Below, in pieces: positions 27,322 through 40,891 of a stretch of DNA of 64,000 bases; position 1 is the first letter of the stretch; the number at the start of each line of letters is the position of its first letter. The notes beneath the pieces were generated by a model. The model was given only the letters and a program-made list of their open reading frames with translations, ran no database searches and was not told the origin of the DNA. The DNA is from Octopus vulgaris (lineage: Eukaryota): the NCBI GenBank assembly GCA_951406725.2, contig OX597821.1, forward strand, positions 6,076,001 to 6,140,000, read 5' to 3'. The position numbers and the translations under genes are program-made.

Positions 27322-27385
27322 TCTGGACAATTGTTTCGCTATTAATGTAATATGCAATTTTACTTACACAAAGGTCATCAGCAGA
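27322..27385 (-). ncRNA. Type-I hammerhead motif in a Penelope-like terminal fragment
   Basis: Minus strand reads tctg-CTGATGA-(37 nt, residual tgtaa/ttaca pairing)-GAAA-caattg-TC-caga. Confidence 0.65.
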
Positions 27386-27629
27386 ATTTGTCTAAAATAC
27401 AATTTATTAAATTGCACGTTGAATTTTAACATAAGGTCAAACACACGTGTGGTTTAATCGATTGTACTAGCAGTTATGATTTCAAATTTCAAATATATAT
27501 ATAAAACAGTTTAGATAGGTGTAAAATGGGAGGAAACAGCTGTCATTTATTTGCATAAAATATTTCAACTGAATAGAATTTATAATTGTTCAATTTATTA
27601 TTTTGTTTTTCCATTTCTTTCCATTAAAG

Positions 27630-27795
27630 AGACAAGTTCGTTAAAAGAATCCACACAATCTTGAAGAGTTGTGGGAGCTCAGCCACAGAAAATGACATCT
27701 CATACCTGTGAAGACGGTGGAGGATTTGTACGCAACTCTTCCCAGGCACATTGAAGCAATTATTCAAGCTAAGAGAAGCCACACGAAATATTAAC
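27630..27795 (+). pseudogene. Tc1-family transposase C-terminal remnant
   Basis: NLEELWEL...IPVKTVEDLYATLPRHIEAIIQAKRSHTKY* resembles the Tc1 terminal S.PRR..AVI.AKGG.TKY*; contains internal stops. Confidence 0.7.
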
Positions 27796-28433
27796 CATGT
27801 ACAGTAACTTCTTGAAATGAACATTATGTAATAAATTTTCATTATAGACATTTTTCTGTTTTAAAACACTCTATTTTGATTGGTTTATGTGAGATGACTG
27901 AAAACTGTTGCATGGCCATTTTTAGTGGTTGTTTCGCATCTTCCCTTCTCATTCAGAACCCCTACTACAAAATATAATGATTAGGTGTGGAAATGACTCC
28001 AACAGGGCCAATGTTTCATCTGTAAAAAGCGCAATGTGAAGCATCCATTTGTAAGTTGGCAATTAGTAGAAAATTACAATAGTTTAAAGTGACCAAAGAC
28101 TTTTGCATGGTACTGTGTGTGTATCATCATCATCATCATCATCATTTAGCATCCGCTTTCCATGCTAGCATGGGTTGGACGGTTCAGCTGGGGTCTGGGA
28201 GGCCAGAAGGCTGCATCAGGCCCAGTCTGATCTGGCAGTGTTTCTACGGCTGGATGCCCTTCCTAACGCCAACCACTCCATGAGTGTAGTGGGTGCTTTT
28301 AACGTGCCCCTTGGGGCGGTGCTGGCAACGGCCATGTTTGGATGGTTCGCTTACGTGATACCGGCACTGGTATCACAGCTTCAATTTCCATTGATGTAGA
28401 TCAATTTCGATTTTGATATATATATGTATATAT

Positions 28434-28465
<32 letters not shown>

Positions 28466-28533
28466 CTGGTAGGAATAGTTCCATGTGGTCTTTTTTTAAA
28501 AACCATTATAGAAATTATTTACTCTTATTATAT

Positions 28534-28643
<110 letters not shown>

Positions 28644-28895
28644 TGCATGTAGGCGCAGAGGTGGCCATGTGGTATGAAGTTTACTTCTCGCCACATGGTT
28701 CCAGATGCAGTCCTACTTAGTGGCACGTCAGGCCAACCAAAGCCTTGTGAATGGATTCAGTACACAGAAAACTGAAGAAGCCCATCATGTGTGTGTATGT
28801 ATCATCAACATCATCATTTAAGGTCTGCTTTCCAAGGTGGCATGGGTTTGATGGCTTGACTGGAACTGGTAAGCCAGAGAGCTGCACCAGGTTCC

Positions 28896-28943
<48 letters not shown>

Positions 28944-29137
28944 TATTTTATTCTTTTATTTCTTTACTTTTTCCAGTCCTTTGACTGCAACCATGCTGGA
29001 GCACCGCCTATTGGTCTCTTTTGCTGAACCGCTAAGTTATGGGGACATAAACACACCAACATTGGTTGTCAAGTGATGGTGGGGGAACAAACAGACACAC
29101 AAATACATACATTTATATATAGTGCCAGACGAAATAC

Positions 29138-29352
29138 CTATTTCTTTACTACTCACAAGGGGTTAAACAAAGAGAGGACAACCAGATTAAGTTGATTATA
29201 TCAACCCCAGTGCGTAACTGGTACTTAATTTATCGACCCCGAAAGGATGAAAGGCAAAGTCGACCTCGGCGGAATTTGAACTCAGAACGTAGCGGCAGAA
29301 GAAATACCGCTAAGCATTTCGCCCGGCGTGCTAACATTTCTGCCAGCTCACC
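29138..29352 (-). mobile_element. tRNA-derived SINE family B (Nin-domain-like)
   Basis: gagctggcagaa...gagttcaaattccgcc...gcctttcatcctttcggggtcgataaattaagtacc. Other copies at about 4172-4395, 9145-9600, 19660-20118, 33115-33310, 38015-38510 and 45825-46280. Confidence 0.8.
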
Positions 29353-29707
29353 ACCTTTCAGTTTCTGTCTACCAAATCCACTCACAAGGCTTTGGTCGAC
29401 TCGATACTATAGTAGAAGTCACTTCCCCAAGGTGCCACGCAGTGAGATTGAACCTAGAACCATGTGGTTGGGAAGCAAGCTTCTTATATATATATATTAG
29501 TGCCATGTAAAAAGCACTGTCAAGATGGTTGGTGTTAGGAAGGGCATCCAGTCATAAAAGCCCTGCCAAATCATACAGCGAAGCCTGGTGCAGTCTTCAA
29601 CCTAGCCAGCTCCTGTCAAACCATCCAACCTATGCCAGCATAGAAAAGGGACATTAAATCATGACAGTGATGATGACAATATACATATGCATGTATATAT
29701 TACATAT

Positions 29708-29925
29708 ATATAAGGGGGATGACCACTAAGTGGACATCCATTATGCTAGAAGTCGACCCCCTGCCCTATGGTCTTACCACTAAGAAAGGAATATTCTCAA
29801 GGAAATTCAGCAAATGCCAGAACATAAGTGAGCAACACAAATGAAAAGATACAAATTAGTGGTAAGACCATAGGGGGTTGACTTCTAGCATTACGGATAT
29901 CCACTTAGTGGTCACCCTTTTATAT
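29708..29925. repeat. Inverted repeat (about 70-bp arms, about 72-nt spacer) in TA-rich context
   Basis: gaccactaagtggacatcc...tatggtcttaccactaa versus ttagtggtaagaccatag...ggatatccacttagtggtc. Homologous to 27178-27240. Confidence 0.85.
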
Positions 29926-31298
29926 GTATGTAATGCGCAGGAGTGGCTGTGTGGTAAGTAGCTTGCTTAACAAGCACATGGTTCTGGGTTCAGTCCCACT
30001 GTGTGGCACCTTGGGCAAGTGTCTTCTACAATAGCCTAGGGCTGAGCAAAGCCTTGTGAGTGGATTTGGTAGATGGAAACAGAAAGAAGCCCGTCATATA
30101 TGTGTGTGTGTGTGTGTGTGTCCGTCCCCAAAATCGCTTGACAACTGATGCTGGTGTGTTTGCGTCCCCGTAACCTAGCGGTTCAGCAAAAGAGGCCAAT
30201 AGAATAAGTACTAGGCTTACAAAGAATAAGTCCTGGGATCGATTTGCTCAACTAAAGGCAGTGCTCCAGCATAGCCACAGTCAAATGACTGAAACAAGTA
30301 AAAGAGTAAAAGAGAATATAATTTTTCTGAATCTTCAGATTTTTCTATATGCTAGATCACTGGTTTTAAATTGATATTAATCAAATTAATATTCAATTTT
30401 TCACCCTGATTATTTTATATATGTATATACGTATGTGTATGAATATATGTCTATGTTTGTGTCCCACTACTACTTGACAACCTGTGTTGGTTTGTTTACA
30501 TCTCTGAAACTTAGCGGTTCAGCAAAAAGTGACCAACAGAATAAGTAGGAGACTTTAAAAAGAAAAAAAGAGGAATGGGGGTTGATTTGCTTGACTGAAA
30601 CAAGCAAAAGGTTAAAGGTTAAAGGAAGACAAACAGACAGACAGAGAATTAATTACAAGAATATTGTTATGTCATGAGATATTTTGTGTTTGGATTCGTT
30701 AGTATAATGTTTCTGATACCACATTTGTTGATCCCTCTCTTCCAGGCCACCTTTTAATTATAGTCAGGGGGTCACGTGGAGCAAAATACAAAAGCAAAAT
30801 TCGAATGAAAGGAGTGAATTGTGTCAGCTTATAGCAACCGATTGTACGTGAGACATTTAGAGTATTGATTATGAAGCAGATAGGTCAGTATAGGTTAGAG
30901 ACTAGGTGGTTAACTATTGATTATATGCAATACACATTTTAAATATTGATTATGCAAACATATACAATATATATATGCATGTGTATGTGTGTATAAAAAT
31001 ATATATGTACATAATTACATATATATAATTACACATATATAATTATCTATACCTATATATCTTTTTACGTTATACTTGTTTCAATCATTAGACTGTGGCC
31101 ATGCTGGGGCACCGCCTTGAAGAGTTATTTTAGTCGAATGAATCGACCCCAGGAGCTTTTTTCTTTAAAGTCTGGTACTTATGCTAACGGTCTCTTTTTG
31201 CCGAACTGCTAGGTTACTGGAAGGTAAACACACCGACAGCAGTTGTCAAGCAGTGATAGGAGACAAAAACAGACACAAAGACACACATACACACACAG

Positions 31299-31368
<70 letters not shown>

Positions 31369-32683
31369 TATTTACACAAGGGACTTCTTTCAGTTTCCAG
31401 CTTCCAAATCCACTCACAAGATTTAGATAGGCTCAAGGCTATAGTAGAAGACAATTGCGTGTGTGTGTGTATACACACACTATGAAGGTGCATTGCTCAG
31501 TGGTTAGAGCATCAGGCTCACAATCATGAGGTAGTGAGTTCAATTCCTGGACCAGGCTGCCTGTTGTGTTCTTGAGCAAAACACTTTATTTCAAGTTACT
31601 CCAGTTCACTCAGGTGTAGAAATGAGTTGCAACATCACTGGTGCCAAGCTGTAGCATGGCCTTTGTCTTTCCCTTGGATAACATCAGTGGCATGGAGAGA
31701 GGAGGCTGGTATGCATGGGTGACTGCTGGTCTTCCATAAACAACCTTGCCTGGACTTGTACCTTGGAGGGGAATTTTCTAGGTGCAACCCCATGGTCATC
31801 CATGACTGAAATGTGGTGGGGGGGGTCTTTACCTCTTTTACCCTACACACACACACACACATACAATTTGCTTATATATGTTATATATACTCATGTGCAG
31901 CTATGGATGTGGGATTAAGAAGCTTGTTTTGCAAATCACATAATTTGGGGTTCGGTTCTACCGCATGGCACCTCGAACAAGTGTCTACAGCCCCAGACCA
32001 ACCAATGCCTTGTGAGTGAGTTTGGTAGGCAGAAACTGTGTAGAAGCCCAGACGCATCCAGTTAAGTGAAATTGTGGTCATGGCCAGTGCCGGTGACATG
32101 TAAAAGGCACCCATGTCAGTGACACGTAAGAGGTACCTGTGCCAGTGACATCTAGAAGGGCACCTGTGACAGTGACATGTAAAAGGTGCGCATGCTGGTG
32201 ACACATAAAAGGCACCCAGTACACTCTGTTAAGTGGTTGGCATTAGGAAGGGCATCCAGCTATAGAAACCAAACCAAAATAGATGACTGGGCCCTGGTGT
32301 AGCTCTCTGGGTCACCAGCTCCAGTCAAACCATCTAACCCATGCCAGCGTAGAAAACAGACATTTGATGATGATGATGATATATCTGTATTAGCTTATAC
32401 AGAGAGAGATCCACAAGAATGAGGGTGTGGTTAAGGAGTTCACTTGCAATTATATGGCTTCAGGTCTAATCCTAATAAATGCTGTCTTAAAAAACACAAT
32501 ATATATATATATGTGTGTGTGTGTGGAGGTGCAATGGCCCAGTGGTTAGGGCAGCGGACTTGTGGTCATAAGATTGTGGTTTCGATTCCCAGACCAAGCA
32601 TTGTGAGTGTTTATTGAGCGAAAACACCTAAAAGCTCCACGAGCTAGGTGCAATCTCATGGTCATTCATGACCAAAGGGGGTT

Positions 32684-32715
<32 letters not shown>

Positions 32716-33884
32716 TAATAAATAAAACATATGCATATATATATACATATATGTACGTACCTACCGCTACATGTATATATACACGCATATATGAGTACAG
32801 GACACCAAAAAGACGTTGAACACAATGAGAAACGAAAACAGAGACACAAACCCAAAGAACTGGACATTTTTCTTAAACAACAAAAAAATAGAGTACAGGA
32901 CAAATAACACAAGGAAAAAAAAACCCTTCTTCAGTCATATATATATATATGAAGGTGAGCCATTTCAGCCTTCTTGAGCTTTCAATATATAAATTGTTTT
33001 TTTTTTAACAAAGTACATCTATAATGGATTTTATCTCAAACAAAATCCACAATATCATGCCTGTCAATACACAGACATTAAGCATGAAACATATATGACT
33101 ATTCTAATTTAACATCTATTCCTTTATTGCCCATAAGGGGCTAAACATAGAGGGGACAAACAAAGACAGACAAAGGGATTAAGTCGATTACATCGACCTT
33201 AGTGCATAACTGGTACTTATTTGATAGACTCCGAAAGGGTGAAAGGTGAAGTCAACCTCGGTGGAATTTGAAGTCAGAATGTAACAGCAGTTCTGCCAGC
33301 TTTCTGCCCAAATTCTAATTTGATATTGCTTCACTTGTGTACATCAGATTGTTGGGCACAGGTGTGACTGTGTGATACGTTTGCTTCCCAACTACATGGT
33401 TTCTGGTTCAATCCTACTACATGGCACCTTGGCTTTAATTATAGTCCTGGGCTGACCAAAGACTTGCGAATGGATTTGGTCAATGGAAACTGAAAGCTTT
33501 TTATATATATACAGACAGACAGACAAATATCTACAATAATAACCACAAAATTCTGTCTGCCCGTCCATCCAGGACCCCTGTATCTCAGTCTACATAGATC
33601 CCAGGTTTGAAAACCTTCATTTGGTTCTTGAACATCCAGCATCAGGATCTAGTCTGGATGAGGATTTGTTATATGCTATCAGCTGAAAATTAAAATTTTA
33701 AAAGAATTCCAAAGATTTGTGAACTTCACAATTTTTTCATTTAAACTGAATTTAAAGCAACACCATATTGGTAGGGTACCAATAAATGTTTTATTATTAT
33801 TATTGCTCCTTTTAGTTTCAGGCCACAGGCACAATTAGCCCCCTGCAGGAGTGCGGCTTTTAAGCTAGTATATAGATATATGTA

Positions 33885-34188
33885 GAGGTGCAATGGCCCA
33901 GTGGTTAGGGCAGCGAACTCGCGGTCGGAGGATCGCGGTTTCAATTCCCAGACCGGGTGTTGTGTGTGTTTATTGAGCGAATACACCTAAAAGCTCCATG
34001 AGGCTCCGGCAGGGGGTGGTGATCCCTGCTGTACTCATTCACCACTCTTTCTCACTCTTTCTTCTGTTGGCCTGCTCGCTTAGCCAGCGGGGTGGCGTCG
34101 TTCGAAGGCTAAAACAATGCGAACGCATTGTGACAAGCGATGTGTAGCAACATTTGATGGTCTGGTCGGTCACGTGATCACGTGATAT
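33885..34188 (+). mobile_element. tRNA(Arg)-like SINE family E (probably the octopus OR type)
   Basis: tggcccagtggttagggcagcgaacTCGcggtc head, ggtttcaattccc B-box, and tail cacgtgatcacgtgata. The family name is from memory. Confidence 0.7.
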
Positions 34189-35102
34189 AGATATATGCAT
34201 GTATGCGTATGGTATATTTTGATAGATATAAAGATGTGTGTGTTTGTGAAGCGTTGCCCTCACATCACAGGATAGTTGTAAAACAATTGTCATGGCAGCA
34301 CAAGCAGTATCACTCATTTGCAATACTCTGTATGACAACAAAATACCTTGCTTGGAAATGGATAAGAGTTTGTGACAGGGAAGGCATCTGGCCATAGATT
34401 ACATGCCTTAATAAACTCCATCCAACTTATGCAAGCATGGAGAAACAGATGTGATGATGATGATGATCATGATGATTGTGTGTGTGTGTGTACATGCATA
34501 TGTCTGTATATGACTCTGTCTATCTCCCTACTGAAAAGACTAAGGTAGTAATTGTGACATCGTTTATGTCCCATGTAAACAAACGATTCGCCAGTTCAGT
34601 AGTGTGTGTCACGTTAAGGCATGTCTCTGCATATCTTACTGAAGACGAGGCTTGGCAACAGGAAGTACATCTAGCAACGAAATGCTACCTGAAGAAGATT
34701 TGTCCAACTCATACCTGCATGGTAAATGTTGAAATAAAAGTGTGTGTGTGTGTGTGTGTGTGCGTGCGTGCATGTGTTTGAGTGTGTGTGTGTATGTGTA
34801 GAAACATATATAAAAATCACCATTGGTGATCTCTTGTAGTTAAGGAAAACACAGAGATAAAAACAATGATGAAGTATATGCACACATAAAATATAGATAT
34901 TAATCTATGTACATGTGTATGTGTACATGTATGTATGTATGTATGTATATATATGTATATGTGTGTGTGTGTGTCTATATATATATGATGATGATGATAT
35001 ACATACATACATACATACATATATATATACCGGAGTAAACACATAAATGTGAAACAAGGTGGAAAAAAGAGTACTCAAATACCAGTGGTAGAGTAATATG
35101 CT

Positions 35103-35255
35103 TTATTTAAAGCAGCAGAAAATTCAACAAAACCTATTACTCTGAGTTTCACGTTTCCGTTCGTCGGACAGTTTTTGCTAGAAAAACTGTCCGACGAACA
35201 GAAACGTGAAACTCAGAGTAACAGGTTTTGTTGAATTTTCTGCTGCTTTAAATAA
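35103..35255. repeat. Near-perfect palindrome (about 74-bp arms, 5-nt spacer) carrying a hammerhead-like motif in each arm
   Basis: Plus arm 35187-35224 reads ctgt-CCGACGA-aca(gaaa)cgt-GAAA-ctcagag-TA-acag. The minus arm has an intact acg(gaaa)cgt stem II. Embedded in (TA)n as part of a fragment starting about 35029. Confidence 0.85.
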
Positions 35256-35961
35256 TACATATATATATATATACATAGAGAGAGAGAGCCCTATCCATAT
35301 GTATGTATATGCATATATATATATATATATATATATAGATATACACACACACACACACACATATATATGGTCCAAAGCATGCGTGATAAGATGGACATTA
35401 AGCAATGATACTGACGATACTTTGTGTGTGTTTGTGTGTGTTTGTATCACCATTTCATCATCATCATCATCATAATAATCATCTAACATCCACTTTTCCA
35501 TGCTTGCATGGGTCAGACAAAATTTGCAAAGGCAGATATTTTTTCTATGGCCTTTAAAGCCCTTCCTGTCATCAACCCTTGACTCTTTTCAAGCAAGGTA
35601 ATATATACCCCCAACCTCCAACGCCGACCCCAACACTCATGACCATACATGTTTCTGCAGAATTTTGGTAAATGAACAACAATACCTGTATGACAATGAC
35701 ACTTGTCTGCAACCAGATTTAGGTAGACACAGGTATCCACACACAGGCACAATGTGGCTGAGAAGTTCATTTGCCACTGCAGAGCCCTTTTCAGCAAGTC
35801 TCTTCAACCAAAGTCCCTGCAAGTCATGGTAATGATCTGTGAGAGAATTTTGATAGGAAGAAACAAAGGAACACATCTGCTTGTGATAGGCTTGACCAAA
35901 AGCCAAATTTATCCTACATGCGATGTCACTTGTGCATCGCAGGTCAGTAACGTTTGGACAC

Positions 35962-36003
<42 letters not shown>

Positions 36004-36099
36004 CAGTATGGTTTCCATTGCTGTGCGTTTGTGCGTGTCGAAAAGCCCAGCCTGGCAGCACCACCATACCTGTGAAGTTTATCACTGCCGATGCAGGAG

Positions 36100-36325
36100 G
36101 GGTGGGGGGGTAAAGATGGGGAAGAAGAAGAAGAAGAAGATGGGGAAGGAGAAGAAGAAGGAGGAGGAGGAGAAGAAAGAAGGAGGAGAAGAAGAAAAAG
36201 ATGGGGAAGAAGAAGAAGAAGAAGAAGAAGAAGAAAAACAACAAAGGTAAAAGAAGAAAGAAGAAAAACAACAAAGGGAGTAGAAGGATGACAACAACAA
36301 GGCCGAGGAAGAAGAAAAGGCAGAA
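36100..36325. repeat. Purine-rich (GAA/GGA)n tract
   Basis: Direct reading. Confidence 0.9.
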
Positions 36326-36554
36326 AGTGTGTGTGTGGGGGGGGGAAGAGATGATGTGAAGAAGCAGCATGAATGAGGACACGAATGAATGAAACAGAAG
36401 TGAAAGCATTGTGAGAGAAGAATCAATGACATCAAATTGTGTTTGGTCACATGACAGAAAGGAGAAGATTATACAATGCCAATATAGGATGCCGCTTGTT
36501 GGCATGGAGCTAGAATGTGTGTGCAAGTGGGTGCATGTATGCATGTACGTATCT

Positions 36555-36724
36555 GTGTGTGTATATATATATATATATATACACACATATGTATATACAT
36601 ATATACACATATGTATATACATATATACACATATGTATATACATATATACACATATGTATATACATATATACACATATGTATATACATATATACACATAC
36701 ATATGTATATACATATGTATATAC

Positions 36725-36779
<55 letters not shown>

Positions 36780-36876
36780 CAGATATATACATGCATATAA
36801 ATATATACATCCACACATCCTCACACATATATATATATATATGCATGCATACATACATACATACATCACATATATG

Positions 36877-36907
<31 letters not shown>

Positions 36908-36910
36908 CAC
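36555..36910. repeat. 22-bp minisatellite (atatacacatatgtatatacat) within a TA/CA/GA compound microsatellite
   Basis: Direct reading. Confidence 0.85.
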
Positions 36911-37494
36911 ATTGGTAACAGATGAGATCAATAGAACCAATACACACCATTATTGGCAGAACTGAACTTCATGCTGAAACAATACTTTTTGCCCCGGGGT
37001 GGGGGGGGCGCTTTTTGCTTTCTTTAAAATTTTTAACATCACATCCGTCATCATCATCATCACCACCACCACCACCAGCAACACCACGACCATCCCCATC
37101 ATCGTCGTGATCCTCCTCCTCACAATTGCTGATTATATCAACGCCAGTACTTGGCTGGTACTTTATTCTATCAGTCAAGTACCAAGGTATTGATAGACTC
37201 AAGTGTTCTCTCTCCCACAAAATTTCTGACTTTGTGACTATGTTTAGAAACCATCAACATTATGTCACCCTTGCTTTTCTTTTTTTTTTACTGATGTATA
37301 CTATGTATATGTTTTTCTTTTTATCTATACTGTATCCCATGCATATTTTCTATCTTTTTCGTCACTTCTTTTTTATATCATTCCCTTCTATGTAAATTCT
37401 CACATTCTATGTCTGCCTTTCTATTGTCCCCTCATCTGTTACCCTGGTGGCAAATACAAGAAATATTATTATTATTATTATCATTATTATTATT

Positions 37495-37963
37495 GAGTGA
37501 GAGAGCATAGCATGCCATCAAAGTGACACTCGGATAAAATATACGAAGCCCAGTATACCCATCATGACTACCCATCTGATAAAGGTACACCAAGCACATG
37601 CATCACAACCATATGTGCGCGACATGGTGATCTCATATCAAGATAAAGAGTGCATGACCTTGCAGGTGGGGCCTAGTTAGAATTTTCTTCTGATCGAGTA
37701 GCCCATCCCACTCAAAAGGTCCCTGAATAAGGATTGTTTAAGGATGTTGAACGAACCGCCTATGTTTCCAAAGGTGAATTATCCAAACTTCTAAGAATTC
37801 CTTTCAACACACGGCTATGACGCTCCCCCACTACTTCTGCTCGTGATCAGAAATGCACATATCGTCAGCCACTAAGGGACATGGTCAACTGGTTATGGTC
37901 AAACAACTGACAAGCAAATCTGTGGTATTGAGCAGATTATTTGCTGGAGCCCATCTTTTATAC
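37495..37963. mobile_element. Unclassified interspersed repeat inserted in an (ATT)n/(ATC)n tract
   Basis: About 470-bp complex block flanked by trinucleotide microsatellites. It resembles a repeat I recall from octopus sequence; the class is not determinable here. Confidence 0.35.
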
Positions 37964-38514
37964 CAATCGTCGTCGTCGTCCTCATCATCATCATTATTAT
38001 TATTATTATTATTAAGACAGTGAGCTGGCAGAATTGTTAGCACACCAGACAAAATACTTAGCAGCATTTCATTAGTCTTTACATTCTGAGTTCAAATTCT
38101 TGCAAGGTTGACTTTGTCTCTCATCTTTTTGGGGTCAATAAAGGAAGTAGAGTTGAGTACTGAGGCCAATGCAGTCAGCGTTTCGGGTTCAGTACCAATC
38201 AAGTACTAGGATCAATGTAATCAACTAGCCTCTTTCCCCAAAATTTCAGGCCTTGTACCTATAGTAGAAAGAATTATTATTATGGCAAACTGGCAGATAT
38301 AAGGCAGCGAGCCGGCGAATATAAGGCAGCAAACTGGTGGATATAAGGAATCATTTGCACGCCAAGCAAAATGCTCGACAGCATTTCATCCATCTTTACA
38401 CAGAGTTCCAATTCATCCAAGAGTGACTTTGCTTTTAATCACTTCAGGGTTGATAAAATAAGTACCGGTGAAACACCCAGGAAATTGCTGGCCTTGTGCA
38501 AAAATTTGAAATCA

Positions 38515-38805
38515 TTATTTTACTTCTCAGAGCTCTCAGTCTTGCTTGCTCTGGTTGATTCTTGGAGAGCAGACAGTAACCTGTTGTCAGAGGTCTTACA
38601 GGGTCTCCTGCAAATTATAAGCTTTGATACTAGGACACTGTCTTGTCATGGAAGACACTCAATACTCAAGAACCAATCCCAAAATAATTATGTGTCCCCA
38701 TTAGAGTAGTTTTGGGGGTCTGCTCTACCTTCATTTCAATTCCAATTTCTCCAGTATTTTTCTCAAACCTGGTTGTTAGTGATCCTAGTGTCCCTACAAC
38801 TACTG
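38515..38805 (-). pseudogene. R4/Dong-like element 3' end remnant
   Basis: Minus strand gives VVVGTLGSLTTRFEK / IGIEMKVEQTPKTTLMGT with frameshifts (cf. VV.GALG...QKTALLGT), then a 3' UTR ending at taataa. Confidence 0.55.
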
Positions 38806-38908
38806 AGAGTGGGCACTGAGCTGACAGAATCATTAGTTCACCACAAAAAATGCTTAGCAGTATTTTTTATGGTTTTATGTCCAGAATTCAAGACAGTTTT
38901 TTTATTTA

Positions 38909-39157
38909 CAGTAGTGGTTAAAAGCGTGGGCTACTAACCCCAGGATTCCAAGTTCAATTCCAAGCAGTAACCTGAACAATATTAATAATAATAAGAATAA
39001 TAATAACATCGAAAAATACCTTAGGAATGAGAACTCAGGTTTGAAACTTCCCCAAGATACCTGATGAAAGCTGTAGGGTATATCAGCCGAAACGTTGTGT
39101 TAACAACAAACAAGATGAGGACAAATATCCGTCAAATGTAAATAATGCAAATAATGT
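38909..39157 (+). mobile_element. Family X element, single 5'-truncated arm (copy 2)
   Basis: Same head and tail as copy 1. Flanked by acagtttttt(t)attta (38893-38908, 39158-39172). Confidence 0.85.
39056..39101 (+). ncRNA. Minimal type-I hammerhead ribozyme motif (family X, best-preserved core)
   Basis: gatac-CTGATGA-a-agctg(tagggtatat)cagcc-GAAA-cg-TT-gtgtt: stem I, core, stem II and a palindromic AACGTT stem III/cleavage region. Confidence 0.7.
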
Positions 39158-40616
39158 ACAGTTTTTTATTTAGTTGTACAGATCAACCTTAAAGTCTGGT
39201 ACATATTTCTTCCAATATCTTTTGCCAGACTACAATGTTATGAGAACATAGACAAACAGGCACAAGCATGGCTGTGTGGTAAGAAACTTGCTTCCCAATA
39301 ACATGGTTCCAGGTTCAGCCCCACTGCACAGCACATTGGGCAAGTGTCTTCAAGCCTAGGACATTTAGCCCCGATGGACAATTACTCCTGAGGACAACAG
39401 ATGATGATTTAAAACTTCTTAATATATTGGACAGGAGGGTAATTAACCAAGGGGGGTAATTGTCTGAGGGGGTAGTTGTCACCAGGGGAAATTGTCCTGT
39501 GGCGGGTAACTGTCCTGATACAGTGTCTTCTACTATAGCCCCAGGCTGACCAAAGCCTTGTGAGTAGATTTGGTGGATAGAAACAGAAAGAAAACTGTGT
39601 GTGTGTGTGTGTGTGTACCACTACTGCTTGACAACCAGTGTTGGTTTGTTTACATCCCCATAACTTAGTAGCTCAGCAAAAGAGATTGATCGAGTAAGTA
39701 GCAGGCTTACAAAAAAAAAAAGCACTGGGGTCAATTCCTTCAATTAAAATTCTTCAAAGTGGTGCTCCAGCATGGCCACAGCCTAATGGTTGAAACAAGT
39801 AAAAGATAACATAAACAAACCAACACCAGTGGTGGTGGTGGGAGGACAAACACAAAAACACACACACGTATCTACAATGGGCTTCCACACATTTTCTGCC
39901 AACAAAATTCAATCACATGGCATTGGTAGAAGACACTTGCCAAAGGCACCATGCAATGGGACTGAACCTAAAACCATGTGATTGCAAAGCAGGCATCTTA
40001 ACCACAGGGCCATGCCTGCACATGCAGGTCTCATGAAAGAGCAGGTGGATTCAGGAATCAATGGTCATTCAGTAATGTGGACATCTGGACATTATTAAAT
40101 AAGTGTGCATGTGATTAGTGACATTTTCATATTTCAGCATAGCTAAGAAGCTTGCTTTGCAACCATGTGGTCTCAGGTTCAATTCTACTGTGCAGTACCT
40201 TCAATAACTGTCTTCTATTATAACCCCAGCCTAAACTCATACATTGTGAGTAAATTTAGTGGACGGAAACTATGTGGAAGTCTGCTGTGTGTGTGTGTGT
40301 GTCTGGCAAAAATGAGTAGTAACTATTTCAAAGAGCCAGCCTTGCCACACACCGTGTCACATTGAATCCTCCTGAGGACTACATTACTGTGGAGTACTCA
40401 GCCACTTGCACATTAATTTCACGAGCAGGTTGTTCCGTTGATCAGATCGACTGGCAGTTTTGTTGTCATAAACGACGGAGTTCTAATTTATATCATCATC
40501 ATCATTTAACGTCTGTTATCCATGCTGGCATGGTTGGACAGCCCACTGGAGAGCTGCTGGGTTCCATCTGTCTGTTTTGGCAGCATTTCTATGGCTTTTT
40601 GGTGTGTATGTGTATA

Positions 40617-40826
40617 TGTGTGACCGCGTGTGTATCGTTGGCGATTTTTTTTTCCTCCGTCTTCCCTTCCTTGGATCTTTCCTTTCTCTATGTTTCTGAC
40701 GAAGAGCTCCGCTTGAAACATTAAATCCTCCTTCATTCTTTCCTTTCCTGAGCGTCCAATAACACTATACTTGTTCCACGTCCTTGCATTGTTGTGTGTT
40801 CTCTCTTTGTGTTTTCATGTTTAGAT

Positions 40827-40831
<5 letters not shown>
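40617..40831 (+). mobile_element. Penelope-like terminal fragment with minimal hammerhead (40693-40725)
   Basis: ttt-CTGACGA-a-gagc(tcc)gctt-GAAA-ca-TT-aaa, ending in (TA)n. A decayed homologue lies at about 62085-62272. Confidence 0.65.

Positions 40832-40891
<60 letters not shown>

Noticed and set aside
35909-36950. Long ORFs of up to 301 aa (YIYI, poly-F, poly-E)
   Set aside because: Translations of TA/CA/GAA microsatellites.
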